Shown here piece after piece: positions 1 to 9,335 of a stretch of 64,000 nt of DNA. Below the pieces are notes generated by a model that saw only the letters and a list, made by a program, of their open reading frames with translations, was not told where the DNA came from and did no database searches. Numbering within the stretch: position 1 is the first letter of the stretch; every line of letters begins with the position of its first letter. This stretch comes from Chloroflexota bacterium (GTDB lineage: Bacteria; Chloroflexota; UBA11872; VXNJ01): contig OZ242360.1 of the NCBI GenBank assembly GCA_965208775.1, positions 126,085 to 190,084 of the forward strand. Direction: 5' to 3'. A program made the translations under genes and the position numbers.

Positions 1-66
1 ACCGACGCAAGGCAACTGGTAAAAGAGCGCCACTCCACCGCGTGGTGGGTCGGGAACATCTCCAAG

Positions 67-870
67 ATGACGGTCGTCTATACCATCCTGATCATCACCG
101 CCCTCGTTTTCCTCTATCCCTACTTCTGGATGGTCGGCAACGCCTTCAAGACCAACGAGGGCTTTTACACCGATCCGTACCGCCTGATCCCCGAGCAGTT
201 TTCGCTCGACGCGATGCGCGCCGCTCTCGGAATCGGCAGGGTCCACATCTACCTGAAGAACAGCACCATCTTCGCCGTCGTAGGCGTTGCGGGCCAGCTC
301 CTCGTCGACGCGCTGGCAGCGTTTGCGTTCGCCCGGCTCAGCTTCCGAGGCCGCGACGTATTGTTCGTCCTCGTCCTTGCGACCCTGATGCTGCCCTACA
401 GCGTCGTGCTGATCCCCTCCTACCTCATCGTCTACTGGTTCGGACTGGCCAACACTTACGTGGGAGTAATGCTCCCCGGATTTGCGGGCGCTTTCGGGAT
501 CTTTCTCCTCAGGCAGTTTTTCCTGAACATTCCGAGCGAACTGGAGGATGCCGCGCGCATAGACGGAGCGACTACCTTCAGGATCTTCTGGCAAATAATC
601 GTTCCGCTCGCCAAGCCGGCGCTCCTGACCCTGGGCCTGTTCATCTTCATCTTCCAATGGAGCTCGTACGTCTGGCCCCTCATCGTCCTGAAGGACTGGG
701 ACAAATACCCGCTCACCGTGGGCATAGCGCTGTTCAGATCGACGACGTGGACATACTGGCCCAACATACTCGCCGCCACGACTCTAGGAACACTTCCGTT
801 GATCGCGCTTTTCCTGCTGGTTCAGCGCTACATAATCGGCGGCATAACCCTCTCGGGTCTCAAGGGATAG
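67..870 (+). CDS. Carbohydrate ABC transporter permease (MalG/UgpE-like inner-membrane component). The start is uncertain and the gene may begin upstream of the window.
   Basis: The 267-aa ORF has multiple TM segments and an EAA-loop motif (LEDAARIDGATTFRIFWQIIVPLAKPAL) typical of binding-protein-dependent transport permeases. Confidence 0.8.
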   Translation: MTVVYTILIITALVFLYPYFWMVGNAFKTNEGFYTDPYRLIPEQFSLDAMRAALGIGRVHIYLKNSTIFAVVGVAGQLLVDALAAFAFARLSFRGRDVLFVLVLATLMLPYSVVLIPSYLIVYWFGLANTYVGVMLPGFAGAFGIFLLRQFFLNIPSELEDAARIDGATTFRIFWQIIVPLAKPALLTLGLFIFIFQWSSYVWPLIVLKDWDKYPLTVGIALFRSTTWTYWPNILAATTLGTLPLIALFLLVQRYIIGGITLSGLKG

Positions 871-881
871 CCGCCAACCGT

Positions 882-1898
882 CTACGTCCAGTCGAAGGCG
901 ATTCCCATCCAGTCGGTGCCGCCGCGAAGAATCATCTCGTAAGTCGCGGCTGCTTCTTCGATCCGCGGTCGATGCGAAACCAGGTGGTCCACCTTCAGCC
1001 GGCCGTCGGCGATGAGGTCCAGTATCACCCGCCGGTTGCGGCGCTGCGTCCAGGGGTAGTAATGGTTGCCGTCGATGGGAGCCCTGGGCTGCCAGATACC
1101 GTGGATCGAGAGCTCTTTGTGTTGCAGCTCGGTCCATAGGGAAATATCCACCGTACCCGGCAGGCTTCCGACGATCACGATATTCCCGCCCAGCGCCCCG
1201 ATCTTCAAAAGCGTCTTGAGAGTGGCCGGATTGCGGGTCGCCTCCAGTCCCAGGTCTACGCCACGCCCCTCAGTAATCTCCATGACCGCCTCTTCGGTAT
1301 CACGCGACGAGGCGTCGACAACGTGGTCGAAGCCGCTCTCCCGTGAGAACTCAAGCCGCTCCGAAAAGAGATCGACACCAATCACCGGGCAGCATCCCCC
1401 TATTCGCGCGAGTTGGCCGACGAGCTGTCCGACTACTCCTTGACCGATAACGGCACATGAGTCGCCAATCTGCGTGGAGATGTTGCGAAAGCCATGTATG
1501 GCGACGCTGCCGAGAATTCCAAACGTCGCCGACACGTCCGATATCGACTCAGGCACCTTCTCGATGTAATCAGGACGATCGCCGCCCAGGTCGAGCATCG
1601 TGTACGTAGAATGGATGCCCATCGTCAGCACCCTGTCGCCGGGCGCGAAGCCGTCGACGTTCCGTCCCACCTCCACGACCTCGCCGACATTCGAATACCC
1701 CGGATACGCGGGCCAGGGAACCTCAGTCAGCGCCCGAGGACTGTCAAGCGGCAGGGCGAGCATGGTCGTCTCGGTACCAGCGCTTATCAGGCTGGCTGTC
1801 GTCTTGACCAGAACCTGGTGCCCCGACGGCGCTTCTACTTCGTAATCTTCAATCTCGACGACCCGCTCGTCGACAAATACGATCCGTTGCCCCTTCAC
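882..1898 (-). CDS. Zn-dependent alcohol/polyol dehydrogenase (MDR family).
   Basis: The 338-aa ORF has the GroES-like N-terminal domain, a Rossmann motif (GQGVVGQLVGQLARIGG) and overall sorbitol/threonine-dehydrogenase-like layout. Confidence 0.8.
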   Translation of the reverse strand: MKGQRIVFVDERVVEIEDYEVEAPSGHQVLVKTTASLISAGTETTMLALPLDSPRALTEVPWPAYPGYSNVGEVVEVGRNVDGFAPGDRVLTMGIHSTYTMLDLGGDRPDYIEKVPESISDVSATFGILGSVAIHGFRNISTQIGDSCAVIGQGVVGQLVGQLARIGGCCPVIGVDLFSERLEFSRESGFDHVVDASSRDTEEAVMEITEGRGVDLGLEATRNPATLKTLLKIGALGGNIVIVGSLPGTVDISLWTELQHKELSIHGIWQPRAPIDGNHYYPWTQRRNRRVILDLIADGRLKVDHLVSHRPRIEEAAATYEMILRGGTDWMGIAFDWT

Positions 1899-2089
1899 TG
1901 GCGATTCCCTTTCGATGCTAGCGACGTACGGAACGAAGTTTAAGCGTTGCGCCCGATTCGCGATTTGTCACGCTGCACGACGTGAGCAGATCGGCCCTCT
2001 CACCGTTAGTACGGAAATGCGGTTGTGACCTGCGGAAATCTGCAAGAGACACGGAGGCAAAGGCCGACAGCCTTGCAGAGCGGAGGAGA

Positions 2090-2941
2090 CTAGCTGGGCG
2101 GAACGCGGACGATATCGAGCGGCGGAATTTCGGAGATGATGCCGTGCCGGCAAGCGCGTGAATAGAGTTCGCGCAGAGCTGCTTCACCGTCAGCGCCCAT
2201 GTCGACGGTCAACTCGTTGACGTACATCTTGGCGAACTTCTCGCCCCGCTCGGCGTCGATGCCGCGACCGAATTCCAGCGCGTAGTCAACCGCGTCCGCG
2301 TTGTTCGCGAAGGCCGCGTCGATGCTGCGGCGAAGCGCCCTGCCCAGAGCAACGTGCCACTCATTGCCCAGGTCACGCCGTACGCAATCCAGCCCCAACG
2401 GGAGCGGGAGTCCGGTCTCGTCATGCCATTTCTCACCCAGGTCCAGGATTTTCGTCAGGCCGGCGTCGACGTAGGTCAACTGCCCCTCGTGTATCACCAC
2501 CGCGGCGTCAAGCTCGCCCGCCGCAACGGGATCCATCACCGTGTCGAACGGGAGCTGAACAGCCTCGACCTCGGGCAGGAAGATCCTGGAGAGCATGAAG
2601 GCGGTCGTGTTCACGCCGGGCATCGCAACTCTCCCGCCCCGCAGGCTTTCGACGGTACGATCGCGGTTCGAGACGACTAACGGTCCGTAGCCGATACCCA
2701 TTGACGCCCCGCACGAGAGGATTCGGTACCTGTCGGCGACTTGCGGATAGACTGCCGCCGAAATGGCAGTCATTTCCAACTCGCCCCGCATTGAACGAGC
2801 GTTCAGGCTTTGAATGTCCTCCAGGACTTCCGAATGTCCCGCCGGTTCAGGCCCATCGATGCTGACGATTCCGTGGGTGATCGCATAGAACATATAGGCA
2901 TCGTCGGCGTCGGGACTGTGCCCAATCTTGATTTGCCGCAT
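2090..2941 (-). CDS. mqnD: 1,4-dihydroxy-6-naphthoate synthase (MqnD, futalosine pathway).
   Basis: The N-terminal IGHSPDADDAYMFYA motif is characteristic of the MqnA/MqnD family. The gene sits in an operon with mqnA and two MqnC/E-type radical SAM genes. Confidence 0.75.
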   Translation of the reverse strand: MRQIKIGHSPDADDAYMFYAITHGIVSIDGPEPAGHSEVLEDIQSLNARSMRGELEMTAISAAVYPQVADRYRILSCGASMGIGYGPLVVSNRDRTVESLRGGRVAMPGVNTTAFMLSRIFLPEVEAVQLPFDTVMDPVAAGELDAAVVIHEGQLTYVDAGLTKILDLGEKWHDETGLPLPLGLDCVRRDLGNEWHVALGRALRRSIDAAFANNADAVDYALEFGRGIDAERGEKFAKMYVNELTVDMGADGEAALRELYSRACRHGIISEIPPLDIVRVPPS

Positions 2942-3010
2942 TAGCGGAAGATCAAAGACGGCGAACCATCGGTGCCAGGTCCACGCAGGGGTAGGGTCGG
3001 CAATGGCCGG

Positions 3011-4126
3011 CTATGCGACAACCGCCGCCGGTTCCCTGTCGAACACGCGCAGCGTTTCGTACTGACTGTTGCGCTGGGCCGGGATGAATCCTGAGTCCCG
3101 GATCATCTGCCGCACCTCTTCGGCAGTTGTCCGGTTATAGTGACCGGCCTCGTTCATGACGTTCTCGTCGAACAAGGTACCGCCGAAATCGTCGGCGCCG
3201 AAATGAAGGGCGACTTGCCCCGTCTTCTTGCCTTCCGAAAACCACGAGGCGTCGACGTGGTCGAAGTTGTCCAGATACAGCCGCGCTACCGCCAGCAGCC
3301 TCAGGTAGCGATTGGGGCCAGCCCGCTTGCCTTTGATCCGACGCCCCAAGGGTGTCTTGCCAGGGCTGAAGCTCCATGGCACGAAAGCATGAAAGCGGCC
3401 TCTGTGGCCTTCATCCTGCAAGTCCCGGATACGGTCAAGATGCTCGATGATGTCGTCATCGTCTTCGACGTGGCCGTACATCATGGTCGCGGTTCCGCAG
3501 AATCCGACCTTGTGGGCGCTCCGCTCGATTTCGATCCACTCATCCGCGTCCATCTTCAGCGGACTGATCTTCTGTCGTACCCGGTTGGTCAGGACTTCCG
3601 CCCCGCCGCCGGGAAGCGTGCGCTGGCCGGCGTCCCAAAGCGCGCCCAGGACCTCCTCGTAACCAAGACCGGACACCTGTTTCATCTCGTATATCTCCGG
3701 CGGCGACCAGAAGTGCGGAGTCACGTCGGGATAGGCTTCCAGGCTGGCGCGCACCATGTCGGTGTAATAGCTGAATGGAAGCTCTGGGTTTAGCCCGCCC
3801 TGCATCAGAACGGTCGTGCAGCCGAGGTCACGCGCCCGGCCTATCGCCTCCACCATCTCGGCGATGGTATGAGTGTAGGCGTCGGACGCAGTGCTGGTGT
3901 GGGGGCGGTAGAAAGCACAGAAGCTGCAATAGGCGTCGCAGAGGTTCGTATAGTTCAGATTCGTATCGACGACATAGGTAACGATAGGCTCCGGGTTGCG
4001 TACAAACCTCACCTCGTTTGCAAGCGCCCCCAACTCGAGCAGGTTGGCTTTTGTCAGAAGGTACAGCCCTTCCGCGGTAGTCAAGCGGTCGCCGGCCAAG
4101 ACCTTTGACCGGATTTCGTCGATCAT
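3011..4126 (-). CDS. mqnC: MqnC/MqnE-family radical SAM enzyme, tentatively cyclic dehypoxanthinyl futalosine synthase (MqnC).
   Basis: It has a CxxxCxxC motif (CDAYCSFCAF) and the MqnC/E-type C-terminal domain, and lies between mqnA and mqnD. The C-versus-E assignment is by position only. Confidence 0.65.
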   Translation of the reverse strand: MIDEIRSKVLAGDRLTTAEGLYLLTKANLLELGALANEVRFVRNPEPIVTYVVDTNLNYTNLCDAYCSFCAFYRPHTSTASDAYTHTIAEMVEAIGRARDLGCTTVLMQGGLNPELPFSYYTDMVRASLEAYPDVTPHFWSPPEIYEMKQVSGLGYEEVLGALWDAGQRTLPGGGAEVLTNRVRQKISPLKMDADEWIEIERSAHKVGFCGTATMMYGHVEDDDDIIEHLDRIRDLQDEGHRGRFHAFVPWSFSPGKTPLGRRIKGKRAGPNRYLRLLAVARLYLDNFDHVDASWFSEGKKTGQVALHFGADDFGGTLFDENVMNEAGHYNRTTAEEVRQMIRDSGFIPAQRNSQYETLRVFDREPAAVVA

Positions 4127-4887
4127 GCGGCGCTGACCTTTCGCTCCAACTCGGAGTCCAGCTCTCTGAATCTACGCAACCCCTCAAGCTCGGCGTCGCC
4201 GAGACGATAGACAAAGTTTCGAATATACGAGCCGGTTTGCTCCAGGCTCAGTCCCGGATCAGTCCTGCGCCGGTGAATAGCGGAAGGGTCCGAAAGGTTG
4301 GAAGTCAGATTCCTGTCGAAGTAACCGGCAACCGTCTCCCTGTCGGCGTCAGAAATGTCACCCGCGGCGTACCAGCGGGCAAACACGAACGGCAGCCCGG
4401 TCGCCTCCTTCCACTCGTCCGCGAGGTCCACGACAACGGGATATTCGTCCGACGGACGCATGTTCCGCAGCGCCTCATCTCCTATCAAAAGGACCGCGTC
4501 GCTGCCGGCGCCTATCGAACCGAATCGTGTCTGCGATTTTGCGCCGTTCCAATGGTCCAGTAAGACCCGAAGCAGACGGACTGAAGTGGCGGTGTCGTCG
4601 ATGATCCCAATCTCACAGCCCGGGAGCTTCCCAACATCGACCCTGGACTTGAGAATCACCGAGCGAGCGGGGCCGAAGCTGGCGATACCGAAGTTGCCGA
4701 TCGGTGCGAACCTGCCGGGATAGTCGAACTCTGCCACCACCGGCAGCGGCGCGATGTCGACCTCGCGCCGCACGGCCAGCGACAACATCTCTCGCGGCGA
4801 GGCAACCGACGAATTGGCGCGCACCTCATCATCGTCAAAGAAGGGTTCGGTGTTGAGATACGGAATGCGACCGATCCTAGGCCGCAT
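4123..4887 (-). CDS. mqnA: Chorismate dehydratase (MqnA).
   Basis: IGRIPYLNTEPFF and FVFARW motifs mark the MqnA family. I placed the start at the internal MRPRIGRIPY methionine, which removes the overlap with the upstream gene. Confidence 0.75.
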   Translation of the reverse strand: MRPRIGRIPYLNTEPFFDDDEVRANSSVASPREMLSLAVRREVDIAPLPVVAEFDYPGRFAPIGNFGIASFGPARSVILKSRVDVGKLPGCEIGIIDDTATSVRLLRVLLDHWNGAKSQTRFGSIGAGSDAVLLIGDEALRNMRPSDEYPVVVDLADEWKEATGLPFVFARWYAAGDISDADRETVAGYFDRNLTSNLSDPSAIHRRRTDPGLSLEQTGSYIRNFVYRLGDAELEGLRRFRELDSELERKVSAA

Positions 4888-6037
4888 AGACCCGCTCCAC
4901 GTTGTAAGTGGCGTCGCGTTCGACTGGAACCTTGCCCGCATCGCGGATCAGATCGATCATCCGGTCCCTGGCGATGCCGAGCGGACTGGCGGCCAGCGCC
5001 GCGTGGGCAATCCGCTCTTCGCCAATGGTGCCGTCCAGATCGTCCGCGCCGAAATTGAGGCCGATTGACGCCGTAGACTCGCCCGTCATGACCCAGTAAG
5101 ACTTGATATGTGGGAAGTTGTCCAGCATCAGTCTCGAGGTCGCCAGAGTTCGAAGATCGTCCATGGGCGTGGCGTGGCGTTCGACCAGCCTTGTCGTTCC
5201 GACCTGGTACTCCAGTGGAATGAAGCAGAGATAGCCGCCGGACTCGTCCTGAGCTTCACGAAGCCGAATTAGATGATCGACACGCTCGGCATGAGTCTCG
5301 ATGTGACCGTAGAGCATGGTGGCGTTCGACTGGATGCCCATCGAGTGCGCCAGAGTGTGAATCTCTATCCAGCGGTCAGCTCCGCACTTGCCCCGAAACA
5401 GCTCTCTGCGAACGCGCTCCGAGAACACCTCCGCGCCGCCGCCCGGCATCGAATGCAAGCCGGCGTCGATCAGCCGTTCGAGAATCTCTTGATCGCTCAG
5501 CTTCCAGCGCTTGTGGAAGTAGTCGATCTCGGCCGCCGTGAACGCCTTGATCTGCACGTTCGGACGCTCTGACTTAATCGTTCGCAGAAGGTCCTCATAC
5601 CACTCGAACCGCCAATCGGGATGATGCCCGCCGACGATATGGACTTCCCGCAGGTCCGGATGGATGCTGTTCAAGATGTCGTCGACCGAGTGCTCGTAGG
5701 CGTGCGAATCTCCCTTCTTGGCCGCAAAATCGCAAAACGAGCAAGACAGTACGCAGATGTTGGTCGGGTTGATGTGCACGTTGAGCACGAAGTAGACGCG
5801 ATCTCCGGAGACGGCCCTGGAAGCGTGATCCGCTATCTGTCCGAGGCCCAGCAAGTCGGGAGTTTGCAGCATCGCAAGCCCGTCTTCGCGGTCGAGACGG
5901 CGGCCCGCCTGGACCTTCTCCCAAATGCGATCAAGCGCGAGGTCCCGAAAGCTCTGTTCCGTGCGCGGTTCCAGATCAAGCATCTTGCGAGACTCCATTG
6001 TTACCAGCGGCGCCGCCCGGTTCGATTTCAGCCCCAA
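4877..6037 (-). CDS. mqnE: MqnC/MqnE-family radical SAM enzyme, tentatively aminofutalosine synthase (MqnE). The true start is probably an internal Met (~5983–5998).
   Basis: It has a CxxxCxxC motif (CVLSCSFCDF) and is paralogous to the 3011..4126 product. A long-start model would overlap the TetR gene by 62 bp. Confidence 0.65.
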   Translation of the reverse strand: MGLKSNRAAPLVTMESRKMLDLEPRTEQSFRDLALDRIWEKVQAGRRLDREDGLAMLQTPDLLGLGQIADHASRAVSGDRVYFVLNVHINPTNICVLSCSFCDFAAKKGDSHAYEHSVDDILNSIHPDLREVHIVGGHHPDWRFEWYEDLLRTIKSERPNVQIKAFTAAEIDYFHKRWKLSDQEILERLIDAGLHSMPGGGAEVFSERVRRELFRGKCGADRWIEIHTLAHSMGIQSNATMLYGHIETHAERVDHLIRLREAQDESGGYLCFIPLEYQVGTTRLVERHATPMDDLRTLATSRLMLDNFPHIKSYWVMTGESTASIGLNFGADDLDGTIGEERIAHAALAASPLGIARDRMIDLIRDAGKVPVERDATYNVERVYAA

Positions 6038-6635
6038 CGCTTCGCAGCAGGGTTACGCGAAGCTCCGGCATCTCCGCTTCGAGAGTTTTCTTGTTGCCGG
6101 TTCGCAGCCATTCGGTCACCACCTCGGCGATCGCCCCGAACCACGCCCGTGACACGAGCCGGCAATTCAAGGGATCGATCGCGCCTTCCGCTATGGCCGC
6201 ATCTAGCTGCGTCTCGATCAAGCGCGCAAATCGGCCGCGCATCACGAGAATCGTATCCTGCAAAGGAGAGTTGCCGGCAGGCAGCTCCACCAATGCGATA
6301 CGCGCCATCCGGCGATGCTTGGCGAACGTTGACAGCACGGTCGTAAGCGCCGCGTCGAGTCGCTCCAAGGCCGTCCGCTTGGGCGATATGGCTTGCTGCA
6401 CCTTGTTTTCGAGACGGTCCGCCAGCCGGACCAGCACGGCCTCGAAGATGTCGCTCTTGCTGGGAAAGTGGAAATACGCCGCGCCCTTGGAGCGGTCGGC
6501 GGCTTCGACGATATCGTCCATCGCCGCGCCGTGATAACCGCGGTCGGCGATTATCTCCTGCGCCGCATCGAGCAACAGCGTGCGCGTTACCTCCGAGCGA
6601 GACTGCCGCCCCTGCGGAGGACCTTTGACAGCCAA
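5976..6635 (-). CDS. TetR-family transcriptional regulator.
   Basis: An N-terminal HTH (TRTLLLDAAQEIIADRGYHGAAMDDIVEAADRSKGAAYFHF) is followed by a C-terminal ligand-binding-type domain. A perfect palindrome lies 21 bp upstream. Confidence 0.8.
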   Translation of the reverse strand: MAVKGPPQGRQSRSEVTRTLLLDAAQEIIADRGYHGAAMDDIVEAADRSKGAAYFHFPSKSDIFEAVLVRLADRLENKVQQAISPKRTALERLDAALTTVLSTFAKHRRMARIALVELPAGNSPLQDTILVMRGRFARLIETQLDAAIAEGAIDPLNCRLVSRAWFGAIAEVVTEWLRTGNKKTLEAEMPELRVTLLRSVGAEIEPGGAAGNNGVSQDA

Positions 6636-6655
6636 TGTCCACCTTCCGAAAAAAT

Positions 6656-6673
6656 ACCGACTGGTCAGTCGGT
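6656..6673. promoter_or_regulatory. Candidate TetR operator: perfect 8-bp inverted repeat ACCGACTG-GT-CAGTCGGT.
   Basis: Read directly from the sequence. It is flanked by A/T runs and sits immediately upstream of the TetR start codon. Confidence 0.5.
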
Positions 6674-6844
6674 TTTTAACCCGCGGCGAACCCGTTTGTC
6701 AAAGGAACTATGTCACCGCCGATACAGCCTTGTACACCCGCCAGCTTCAACTGTTACCGGACACCTCCACCTCCGCACGCATACCGCGCATTCCTTCGAC
6801 AGCGGGAGATCCAGTCGAGCTCGACGCGTCAGCTCTGGTCGAAT

Positions 6845-8266
6845 CTAGCCGAACGGCGCGGGCGGGCGGTGGTGCGCCCAAGGGGCCGCCTGCTCGAAGG
6901 CTGCCGACGCCCGCAATACCGTGTACTCGTCGAACCTGCGCCCCACAATCTGCAATCCCACGGGCCGGCCATCGCTCGTGAAGCCGCACGGTACGCTGGA
7001 GGCGGGCTGTCCCGTCATGTTGAATGGATAGGTGAACGGCGTCCAACCGAAAATCGAGATCTTCTTACCATTCAACGTTTCGGGATTGTCGACTCCTATC
7101 GGAAGAGGCGGGACCGCCACCGTGGGGGTCAGCAAGATGTCGAACTCACTGAGGATTTCCCCCATCCGCTGCGTCAGCCGGCGCCGCACGTGTCCCGCGT
7201 TGGCGCAGTCTATGGCCGACAGTTTGAATCCGGCTTCGACAAATTCCAGATATCCCGGCTCCATGATGTCGCACACGCGGTCAAGATCGTCTTGATGCGC
7301 CGAGGCGAACTTCATGGCGAACAACGTATACCAGGCCGGAGAAGGATCATCGAACGCGACATCGACCTCCTCGAACTTGCTCCCAAGGCTTCCCATATTC
7401 CGCGCCGCGCGCTCTGTGATCTCGGCGACTTCAGCGTCGACCGTCGCAAAGCCGAGAGTCGGACTCCAGCCTATTCGCAGGTCGCCTACGTCGGTCATGC
7501 GCGCAGCATCCTGAAAGCTGGATGGCGGCGGCGGAAGTGTGCTCATGTCCCGTTCGTCGGGACCGGCCATCACGTCGAGCATCAGACCGGCGTCCTCGAC
7601 CGTACGGGTCATGGGACCGGCGTGCGACATCCATTCCAGACCGATATTGACGGGGTACTGCGGCACCCGACCCAGGTTCGGCTTCAGTCCAAAGATTCCG
7701 GAAAAGGACGAAGGAATCCGAATCGAACCGCCGCCGTCGCTGCCAACCGCAAGCGGCCCAAGTCCCGCCGCGACCGCCGCGCCGGCGCCTCCGCTCGATC
7801 CGCCGGGCGAGTGATCGAGACTCCATGGATTGCGCGTCACGCCGAAGACCTGATTGTGAGTGACCCCCATGTGGCCGAACTCGGGCGTATTGGTCTTTCC
7901 CACGACGATCGCACCGGCGCGTTTTAGCCGTGCGACGAGCGGGCCGTCGGCTTCCGGGACGTCGTTTTCGTGGATCCGAGAACCGAACGTGGTCCTGATC
8001 CCCTTGGTCGCGATCAGGTCCTTGATCGTCACCGGCACGCCCCCCAGCGGACCGGGGTCTTGCCCCCTCGCCAGTGTCGCATCGACCGCCTCGGCAGCTT
8101 GCAGCGCGTCGTCCGCCGTCACCGTAACCACCGCGTTAAGTGGGCCGTCTATGGCCTCGATACGGTCGAGCACGGCTCGTGTTACCTCAACGGCGGAAAG
8201 CTCCCTGTTCCGCACGAGGCCTGCGATTCGTGTACCTGGCGTGAAGCAAAGCTCGTCGTTTTTCAC
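6845..8266 (-). CDS. Amidase (amidase-signature family, GatA-like).
   Basis: The 473-aa ORF has the Gly/Ser-rich amidase signature GGSSGGAGAAVAAGLGPLAVGSDGGGSIRIPSSFSGIFGLKP. Confidence 0.8.
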   Translation of the reverse strand: MKNDELCFTPGTRIAGLVRNRELSAVEVTRAVLDRIEAIDGPLNAVVTVTADDALQAAEAVDATLARGQDPGPLGGVPVTIKDLIATKGIRTTFGSRIHENDVPEADGPLVARLKRAGAIVVGKTNTPEFGHMGVTHNQVFGVTRNPWSLDHSPGGSSGGAGAAVAAGLGPLAVGSDGGGSIRIPSSFSGIFGLKPNLGRVPQYPVNIGLEWMSHAGPMTRTVEDAGLMLDVMAGPDERDMSTLPPPPSSFQDAARMTDVGDLRIGWSPTLGFATVDAEVAEITERAARNMGSLGSKFEEVDVAFDDPSPAWYTLFAMKFASAHQDDLDRVCDIMEPGYLEFVEAGFKLSAIDCANAGHVRRRLTQRMGEILSEFDILLTPTVAVPPLPIGVDNPETLNGKKISIFGWTPFTYPFNMTGQPASSVPCGFTSDGRPVGLQIVGRRFDEYTVLRASAAFEQAAPWAHHRPPAPFG

Positions 8267-8383
8267 CTGACTTCCCCGTAATTCTGAGTCTCGGAACAGC
8301 GGTAGTCGTGGGCATTATGGCCCGATTCACGGCCGGAGCGGAAAGACGCCCTCGAAGACATCGTGCACGGTCTGCCCTGACGC

Positions 8384-9130
8384 CTAGAACAGACTCTTGA
8401 CGCCGGCCTCCCGGATCATCTCCAGCACGGCCCGCAGGTCCCGCGCGACGCGTGAGCACCGCGGGTCTTCTTTCCTCACCAGAATCGCCGGAATCCCCAC
8501 CCTTTCCGCACCGAGCACATCGGCTTCCGGGTTATCTCCTACCATCCAGGCAACGTCGGGATTGCCGGCAGCTTCCAGCGCGATCTCGAAGGCACGCCGA
8601 TTCGGCTTTTCGAATCCGGTCGCCGCCGAGGTGATGACGACATCGAAGAACCCGGACAAACCGATGCTGTCCACGATCTCCGGCAGCTCGGGCGCATGGT
8701 TCGAGAGAATCACCTGGCGCCATCCATCCGTCCTGAGGGATTCCAGCGATTGAATCGCGTGATCGAACAGTTCCTGCCGTTCCGGGCGCACATACACAGT
8801 TCGCACTTCCCGCGCCAACTCGCGAGTTCTGGCCGGTTGAATGCCAACTTCCTCGTATGCATTCGCGAACAACGGCTCCAGGTTTTCCCACCACGCGTCC
8901 GGGCTCGAAAGCTCCGGGTGGTGCCGCTCAGGTCGATGCCATGGAAATCCGCTTCTAAGAAACGGTCTTAGTTCCTCCCGGTCGATACTGTGGCCTGGAA
9001 GGTATCGATCGAGAACCTCGATCAGCGCCCCCTGCCAGCCCCCCGGATCGTCCGCAAGCGTGCCATGGAAGTCCCAAAACACTGTTTTGTCACCGCGCCG
9101 CGACGGCCTATGCACGGTCACTTTCTGCAT
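8384..9130 (-). CDS. HAD-superfamily hydrolase.
   Basis: It has motif I (WDFHGTL) and a C-terminal MVGDNPEADV-type motif IV. Confidence 0.65.
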   Translation of the reverse strand: MQKVTVHRPSRRGDKTVFWDFHGTLADDPGGWQGALIEVLDRYLPGHSIDREELRPFLRSGFPWHRPERHHPELSSPDAWWENLEPLFANAYEEVGIQPARTRELAREVRTVYVRPERQELFDHAIQSLESLRTDGWRQVILSNHAPELPEIVDSIGLSGFFDVVITSAATGFEKPNRRAFEIALEAAGNPDVAWMVGDNPEADVLGAERVGIPAILVRKEDPRCSRVARDLRAVLEMIREAGVKSLF

Positions 9131-9150
9131 CCCAATAGCGAATTCCTAAA

Positions 9151-9175
9151 GATTGTGGAAATCCAAGTCACAATC
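9151..9175. promoter_or_regulatory. 7-bp perfect inverted repeat GATTGTG-N11-CACAATC in the promoter region of the HAD gene.
   Basis: Seen directly in a locally AT-richer stretch upstream of the minus-strand gene that starts at 9130. Confidence 0.3.
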
Positions 9176-9335
9176 AGTCTCGCGCGGCTTTTTGATGACG
9201 TTAGCTATCTTCCCCGTCTAGTAGACACTGACAGAGATGGACCCTGCTACAAGTCAAACAAACCGAAGTCAACTTTATGTCAAGTAAAACACAGGCCTGC
9301 GTCAGGCGCGTGCGGACGCGGAGGGGCGGCCGTGG

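Noticed and set aside
42-1139. 365-aa ORF overlapping the MalG-like permease and the alcohol dehydrogenase.
   Set aside because: It sits in an alternative frame over two well-supported genes. Its Arg/Pro/Ala-rich low-complexity translation is typical of high-GC off-frame ORFs.
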